A program made the position numbers and the translations under genes. Shown here one piece after another: positions 57,430 through 64,000 of a stretch of 64,000 bases of DNA (the stretch's first letter is position 1; each line of letters opens with the position of its first letter). The stretch is from positions 1 through 64,000 of the IMG/VR virus record IMGVR_UViG_3300034073_002641. One strand, 5' to 3'. The stretch is from an uncultured virus (IMG/VR IMGVR_UViG_3300034073_002641) (taxonomy: Duplodnaviria; Heunggongvirae; Uroviricota; Caudoviricetes). The notes under the pieces are model-generated. The model was not told the origin of the DNA. It searched no databases and worked only from the letters and a program-made list of their open reading frames with translations.

Positions 57430-60400
57430 ATGAAAAACGTTGGTTCAAAAATAACAAAACAAATTGATATTTTAAATACAAATAATGAAGCATTTATTGA
57501 TTATAAAGTAAATAAATATTTGAGGCGTAAAAGTGATTTAGAATTTGAGGAGATGTTAGAGCAGATACAGAATAAAATGCCCTGCATACCTATTGTTAGG
57601 TTTTTAATTAGAAAAAATAAATAAAATGAAGAATGTTAAACAACATATCCATAATCAAATTAATTATTTAGTTAAATATCGTACACCTACGCTTGTGAGT
57701 TTTTGGAGTATGGATACAATGTATAGGATTCACCTCAAATTAAATAGTGAGGTTCGTAATCAGATAACTAATGCACAACCACCATTGATTAAAGAAACCA
57801 TTTTAAAATAAACAAGAATGAAGAATGTTTCCAGAGTTATAACTTCAAAAGGATTATATATTGATAAAATTTATCCTGGTAAGAAGTATGAGAAAGCATG
57901 GTTTCAAGCTGCACCTATTATGGATGAATCAAAAAATCAGGTAGATAACATTGCATATTATAACATAATCAAAAATTTATTTCCTAATATGAAAAATAAT
58001 TTTAAACATGGATAACATTGGGGACTTAATAGTGTGGAAAATACATTTAAAGATTAAGGAGAAAGTTACAAAAGATATATCATATAGTATGTATCTTAAA
58101 ACTAACATGAATAGTAAATTTATACAAATAAGCCGTTTTCATTGGTTAACAAATAATGTTATTCAACAAGTTAGAAAATTAAAATGACAAAACATGAAGA
58201 ATATTGATAAACAAATAATTTATCAAATATATAAGCAACATAGGGAAAAGGTCAATGATATTATTAATGACAAAGGATACAACATATATGCTAATATTGG
58301 AAATAAGTTGTGGGATGTTGCTTGGCTTCAGGTGGAGAATAACGTGACTAATAATGTAGTTATGCAAGTGAAAAATAAATTAAAACATGAAGAATATTAA
58401 TGAATTTATATTACGTAAAATATATGACCAATATAGGATGAAGGCTGATAATGCTATATTTGACAAAGGATGGAAAATATATACTAAACTTACAGTTAAA
58501 TTATGGGATCCTTCTTGGTTGCAGGTGGATAATAATATGGCAGAAAAATTAATTACCCAAATAAAGAATAAATTAAACTATGAAGAACATTAGTAGAAAC
58601 ATATTTGATGTGATGATATATGATGGTGTAAATTCTAACATAAAACAAAATGCTGCCACAAATATTGGTGATAGATTATGGAAAATTATGTGGGATAAGG
58701 CAGAGGATGGTATATATGGACAAGTTTTCTTACCAATAAGAGACCAGGTGTGGCTTGAAATAGATAATCCAAAAAAACTTAAAATTAAGAAATGGAAAGA
58801 GTGAACAGTAAAATCACAAAGAAAATTTCATCAATAGAGAAGTTAGAAAGACTTAACTTAATTCCAACTATTAATCCTGCATATCATATTAGATATCGAG
58901 AAATAATAAATGACCAAATATTTAAGCAAATGACACATAATTTTACAGATAATCTTAGAATAAAAATAATGTTTAAGTGATGAAAAATATTGGGCAAGAA
59001 ACAAAAGATAAATTAGTAAATGAAATTAGAATTCCAATTTGGAATGGAAGTTATGAAACTTTATTTAGTAGATTGCGCCATAAAATCTGGACAGAACTAT
59101 ATCATAAAACAACAAATCAAATGCTAACAATGAGAAATATTTCAAGTGTGGTAAATAGTAAATTTACTAAAATACAGGTTAATGTTTTTCACACTAAAAC
59201 TGATAATGTTAGTTATAGAGTTGATTTTAAAGTTGATACAAAGTTATCATATCTACGTACTGGTCGTCGCTTAATAAGTGTCATAGGTAAACAAATATGG
59301 TATAAAGTTAAATCTATAATATTATGAAAAGTGTAAGAATTGAAATTTTGAATCAAGTGTATGATGAAATTGAAGTTAAGTTAAAGGATACAATAGAAGA
59401 AAAAGAATACCTACCTGGTAATCAGTTTAGGTGGTTTAATAGTCGAGTGACAATAAACCTAAAATTAAGAAATTTGCCAAAGATAATTTTATGAAAAGTA
59501 TAAGAACTATAATTTTGAATCAAGTGCATGATGAAACTCTAAGAAATTTAAAGGGTGTAATAAAAATAAAAGAATATCTTCCTGGTAATGTTTGGATGGG
59601 GGCTTATATGCAAGGAATAATCAACCTAAAATTAAGAAACTTGCCAAAGATAATTTTATGAGTAAGAAAGTTAGAGATTTGTTGTTTGAAAAATGCAATG
59701 GTAGATGTTGTTATTGTGGTGATAAGTTAGAGAAAGGTTGGCACATTGACGAAATAGAACCTGTTAAAAGAAATCATATATATGACAAAGTTAAGAAGAA
59801 ATTTGTGATAGATAAAGATAATCCTATGCAGCATCCAGAACGATTAACAATTGAAAATCAAAATCCAAGCTGTCCAAGTTGCAATATTAATAAACATTCA
59901 TTATCTTTGGAAGAGTTTAGGTCTTTGATTAAAGGGTTCATGAAACATCTAAATGAGAAATCAACCCAATATAAAATTGCAAAACGTTATGGTCTTGTCC
60001 AGGAGAATGAGATTGATATAGTTTTTTATTTTGAAAAAAATTAAAAGCATGAAAAATGTAGATGATAAAATACGGAAACATATAGGTATGAAAGTTAATT
60101 TTGTATTACGTAAAGAATTACGTAAACAAATAACTATTGAATACTATGATTACCCCCAATTTGGTAATCAAACACTTCAAGAATTGTTTTCCAAAATAGA
60201 AAAAAGATTAAAAGCATGAAAAATGTGGCTAGTAAAATTGGAAATAAAATACAAAACCCACGATCCATTACTCCCATATCAATACAAGTGGTTCATCATA
60301 TTAGGGATAAAGTATATCTACGACCTTGGACACAAGTTCATCAACAAGTATCTATTCAAATAAAAGAAAACCTAAAATTTAAAGTATGAGAAATGTAGGT

Positions 60401-60902
60401 CATGAAATAGAAGCTAAAGTCCAGTATCCAAGATGGAATAAACATGCACGGGTACCAGTGGTTAATAATGCTAGGCATCAAGTATATCATCAGGTATGGA
60501 GGCAAGTTAGCCAACAAGTATCTATGCAAATGAAAGCAAACTTAAAATTTAAAGTATGAAAAATGTAATAGATAAAGTGTATATGCAAGTGGGTTATTTT
60601 GTACATGATAAACCAAATATGCAATTAAGAAAAAAAATACTTAGAGTAGGAGAGGTTCAAACAAATGGTCAACTATGGTTTCAAATACAAAACAACCTAA
60701 AATTATGAATAGTGTAAGCCAGAAAATATCTAAAGAATTAGGAGATAAAGTAACTACCTATGTAGTTAAAAAAAGTATTCTTCAAATAAGTAATAAAGTG
60801 CTTATTCAAGCAGAAGGGGAAGTTTTTGAACAGATTATTGGTCAATTATATCAAAATTTAGAACCAAATGTAAAAAAGACTATGTTGAAGCATAATTTTT
60901 AA
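57430..60902 (+). repeat. tandem array of about 15 small MK(N/S)(V/I) paralogous CDS
   Basis: Starts at 57430, 57626, 57818, 58008, 58194, 58387, 58580, 58792, 58980, 59324, 59491, 60049, 60216, 60386, 60556, 60705. Confidence 0.7.
59658..60044 (+). CDS. HNH endonuclease inserted in the small-gene array
   Basis: G.C.YCG, WHID, N..PSC.SCN..K; start taken at MSKKVR. Confidence 0.8.
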   Translation: MSKKVRDLLFEKCNGRCCYCGDKLEKGWHIDEIEPVKRNHIYDKVKKKFVIDKDNPMQHPERLTIENQNPSCPSCNINKHSLSLEEFRSLIKGFMKHLNEKSTQYKIAKRYGLVQENEIDIVFYFEKN

Positions 60903-60927
60903 TTACATTTTCAAAAACTAAATAATT

Positions 60928-61374
60928 ATGGCTATTAAAGACCTTGTCCCTTATGAACTAGCATTAGAACTTAAAAAACTAGGTTTTAGAGAACCTTGTT
61001 TTGGTAATTATAAAGAAACTGAAATAATAGATTACAACCTTGGAAGACATAATAAACATATCTTTTTAGATACTATAAATGGTCTTCAAGATTATAATGA
61101 GCATAATAAAGAGACAGATGCTTCAGCTCCTACTTTTACAGCAGCATTTAGGTTTTTTAGGGAGAAGTTTGATTGGCAATTTTCAGTAGAAGCAACATCT
61201 GATCAGCACAATTGTGAACTTGGTTACAATTATTGGATTTGGAATCATAAAACAGGTGAAGAATACCATACAATGCCAAAAAATAGACCTTCTGGTGATT
61301 GGGAATATGAAACCTATGAAGAAGCTGATTTAGCAGGTTTAAATAAATTAATTGAGGTTGTAAAAAACAAATAA
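60928..61374 (+). CDS. hypothetical paralog A (LALELK.LGF.EPCFG...FREK...TYEEA)
   Basis: Paralogous to ORFs at 62629 and 63005. Confidence 0.65.
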   Translation: MAIKDLVPYELALELKKLGFREPCFGNYKETEIIDYNLGRHNKHIFLDTINGLQDYNEHNKETDASAPTFTAAFRFFREKFDWQFSVEATSDQHNCELGYNYWIWNHKTGEEYHTMPKNRPSGDWEYETYEEADLAGLNKLIEVVKNK

Positions 61375-61375
61375 A

Positions 61376-61777
61376 ATGAGCAAACAAACAGAAAATTATA
61401 TAGGAAGTCAACAACATTGGGAAGATAGAATAAATGATGATTATGATTATCTAAAACAAATGGAAAAGGAAATGGAAAAGGATGTGGAAAAACTAATATA
61501 CAATGGGTTAGAAAAACAAAACAAAATGATTTTAACACCAAAAGAAGAAGCAAAAGAGCTAGTTGATACATTCTATCAAACAACTCCTAATGAGACTTGG
61601 ATTGATGAGCCTTTAGGGGAATTTATGGAAACCTATACAGCTTGGGGACAGGCTAAACAATGTGCTTTGATTGCAGTTGATAAGATATTGTTTGTACTTA
61701 ACTTTAATCTTGATTTTAAAATGGAAAGGTCTATTGCACATTATTTAGAAGTTAAACAAGAAATAGAAAAATTATAA
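61376..61777 (+). CDS. hypothetical protein (TPKE.A.EL...AKQCALIAVD)
   Basis: 133-aa ORF. Confidence 0.55.
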   Translation: MSKQTENYIGSQQHWEDRINDDYDYLKQMEKEMEKDVEKLIYNGLEKQNKMILTPKEEAKELVDTFYQTTPNETWIDEPLGEFMETYTAWGQAKQCALIAVDKILFVLNFNLDFKMERSIAHYLEVKQEIEKL

Positions 61778-61796
61778 CAACAAAAAAACTAAAACT

Positions 61797-62297
61797 ATGA
61801 AAACACCAGTTGATTATTTATGTGATGTTATCAATAGCCAGTATGGTAGCAGGATTACAAATTACACAATCCCAAATGAGGTTTTTGAACGTATCAAGAA
61901 ACTAGAAGAGGATTATCATAAAGTAACAGAAAACACCTCTGATGGATATCACACCTTTAAGGAATTATATGATTTTAGAGCAGCCTACAATGCTTTATTG
62001 TTTAATGAGTGGGCAAATCAGAAAGGTGATGAAGAGTTCCAGGATTTGAACCAGGTGATGCAGAACACCAAATATAGTGTCCATAAGAGTTGGAAACATA
62101 ATGATGGTTATCCTTGTTTTGGTGGGGGCTGGTTTATTGTTGTGGCAAAATTACCAAGTGGCCAAATATCCAATCACTATCCAGCAGATAGGTGGGATGA
62201 TTTTAAAGTCCCAGAAACATCAAAAGCATTATTTCCTTTTGATGGTCATACAAGTCATGCTGTTTTGAAAATATTACAGAAAGAACTTGCGCAGTAA
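61797..62297 (+). CDS. WDGH-like hypothetical protein
   Basis: SDGYHTF.ELY, H.DG, GQIS.HY, FDGH. Confidence 0.6.
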   Translation: MKTPVDYLCDVINSQYGSRITNYTIPNEVFERIKKLEEDYHKVTENTSDGYHTFKELYDFRAAYNALLFNEWANQKGDEEFQDLNQVMQNTKYSVHKSWKHNDGYPCFGGGWFIVVAKLPSGQISNHYPADRWDDFKVPETSKALFPFDGHTSHAVLKILQKELAQ

Positions 62298-62339
62298 TTT
62301 TATTTCCCTTATATTTGTGTATCAAAAAAAATAATAGTT

Positions 62340-62600
62340 ATGTCATACATTACAGTGGAAGCTGATATTGATTTGGATGATTATTCAGATGAAATCATCT
62401 ATATGTTCAAAAGAAACAAAAGGTTTAGAGAGAACCTATTACAAGCAATGGAAGATGATAATATAGGATTTGTTCTTAATAGAGGTGGTGATGATAAATA
62501 TGATGATAGGAAAACACAACTTTCTAAAATAAGTGAAAACTACTGGAAATTGACTGTTGAGGATGAGGAACTAATTAATAAGATTGCAGATAGGTTTTAA
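62340..62600 (+). CDS. hypothetical protein
   Basis: ORF after TATATTTG at 62310. Confidence 0.5.
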   Translation: MSYITVEADIDLDDYSDEIIYMFKRNKRFRENLLQAMEDDNIGFVLNRGGDDKYDDRKTQLSKISENYWKLTVEDEELINKIADRF

Positions 62601-62628
62601 GGAATTTATTAACCATAAACTAAACAAA

Positions 62629-63003
62629 ATGAAAATATACAATGAATTAGAATCTTTAGGATTGTTTGAGTGGTTATCAAAAACTCATAATTTAAAAGAT
62701 ACTGACATATCGCCAGAATATCTTGATGAATTACCATTAAATAAGATTCACAGAACTGTGGTCAATGCTATAGCATTCAGGTGGTTTCGAGAGAAGTATA
62801 ATTTAAGAGGGTTTATTGGGTTTAGACCAAATACTAAACAATTTGATTGTCACATTTATGATATGTCATTATCAGGTTTAGAATACGCTAAACAAAGAAC
62901 AATGGAAGAGTTTAATAAAGACCCTAAAGTTGGAACTTACGAAGAAGCGGAGTTAGAGTGTTTAATAAAATTGATTGAAATTGCTAAAAACAAAATAAAT
63001 TAA
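62629..63003 (+). CDS. hypothetical paralog B
   Basis: AFRWFREKY...TYEEAEL.CL.KLIE. Confidence 0.6.
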   Translation: MKIYNELESLGLFEWLSKTHNLKDTDISPEYLDELPLNKIHRTVVNAIAFRWFREKYNLRGFIGFRPNTKQFDCHIYDMSLSGLEYAKQRTMEEFNKDPKVGTYEEAELECLIKLIEIAKNKIN

Positions 63004-63004
63004 T

Positions 63005-63367
63005 ATGGAAAAGGAATTTGTAAGTTATCAAATAGCGTTAGAACTCAAACAGTTAGATTTTGACGAACCATGTTTTGGATACTTTCAAGAAAATAAAACA
63101 AAAGTAATAATTGATAATTCTGGACTCATAACCAATTCTAATTTTAGTAAAATATTTTCAGAAGACCGATTTAGATTAGTAACACCACTATACCAACAAG
63201 TATTCAGGTGGTTTAGGGAGAAGTATGGTGTTTATATGCAGCCAAAGAAGTTTGATGTAGATAAATGGTGGGTTGAATGGGGGGATTGGAATAGTCCTAT
63301 TTTTGAAACATATGAAGAAGTAGAAGAGTCAATTTTACAAAAAATGATTGAAATTGCTAAAAAATAA
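63005..63367 (+). CDS. hypothetical paralog C
   Basis: ALELKQL.F.EPCFG...FRWFREKY...TYEE. Confidence 0.65.
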   Translation: MEKEFVSYQIALELKQLDFDEPCFGYFQENKTKVIIDNSGLITNSNFSKIFSEDRFRLVTPLYQQVFRWFREKYGVYMQPKKFDVDKWWVEWGDWNSPIFETYEEVEESILQKMIEIAKK

Positions 63368-63372
63368 ATATT

Positions 63373-64000
63373 ATGAAAAACATACACATAATTCCAACAG
63401 ATAAACCAAGTAGGTTAGGATATCTAACTAAAAAAGGTAAGCAAGTCTTTAATGATTTAAGGTTATTTGATAGGGTTATGCCTAACATTTTGGATAGCGA
63501 AAATCAACACCTATACATCACTAATGATGAAGAAATTATAGAAGGGGATTTAATTATCTATAAAAATGGTGATGAATATTTTTTTGCTGAATATCGTTTA
63601 GGTTATTATGATAGATATGAACTATGTAAAAAAATCATCCTAACCACAGACCAAGACTTGATTAAAGACCATGTTCAAGCTATTGATGATGAGTTTTTAG
63701 AATGGTTTGTTAATAATCCAAGTTGTGAGGAGGTTGAGGTTAGAGAAATTGAAGTAGAAGATTATGTTGGATTTGCAGGACATACAAGTTATCCAACTTT
63801 CCATAAGGAATACAAAATAATTATTCCAAAAAAAGAACCTAAACAATTAAATTTAGAATATTTTGGATTACCAAAAATTGGAACAAAAGAGTTTAATGAC
63901 TTAGCATCTGGTTTGTTTGGTGGTAAACCTAAACAAGAAAAACTCACATACACAGAATCAGCAAAGAAGGAAGAAAGAATATCTAATTCTATTATGATGA
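63373..64000 (+). CDS. hypothetical protein (MKNIHIIPTDKPSRL), 3' partial
   Basis: Open frame to the end of the window; KKIILTTD..LI..VQ.ID.EFLEW. Confidence 0.6.
   Translation, partial: MKNIHIIPTDKPSRLGYLTKKGKQVFNDLRLFDRVMPNILDSENQHLYITNDEEIIEGDLIIYKNGDEYFFAEYRLGYYDRYELCKKIILTTDQDLIKDHVQAIDDEFLEWFVNNPSCEEVEVREIEVEDYVGFAGHTSYPTFHKEYKIIIPKKEPKQLNLEYFGLPKIGTKEFNDLASGLFGGKPKQEKLTYTESAKKEERISNSIMM

Overview
This is an AT-rich, densely coded, mostly + strand segment of a large (probably jumbo) tailed phage that reads correctly in the standard genetic code. Many genes are preceded by TTTG-N18-20-TAnnTTTG promoters, which points to a Bacteroidota host. A second motif, TATTTAT, precedes a distinct gene class that is probably late and virion-associated. 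Recognisable genes include SbcD/SbcC, a sigma-70 factor, an amidase, DnaJ, glutaredoxin, a DHH phosphoesterase, Nudix, an Ntn-hydrolase, an Rnl2-type RNA ligase, an RfaE-like kinase, an LpxH-like phosphoesterase, two DNA methyltransferases, three HNH nucleases and seven canonical tRNAs. The most unusual features are: (1) 13 paralogous LRR-like solenoid genes with constant caps, 3-9 variable repeats and repeat blocks shared mosaically between paralogs; (2) eight tRNA-shell RNAs that keep acceptor and T arms (six also a D arm) but carry unrelated cargo in place of the anticodon arm; (3) an in-frame TGA within a 9-nt insertion in the DHH catalytic motif, flanked by Leu codons (candidate ribosomal hop); (4) a shared N-terminal LNE leader on unrelated enzymes, suggesting capsid-packaged, protease-matured cargo; (5) a tandem array of about 15 small MKNV-type paralogs behind a DUF6745-like gene; (6) several unassigned structured RNAs. 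All family names come from motif recognition by eye; no searches were run.
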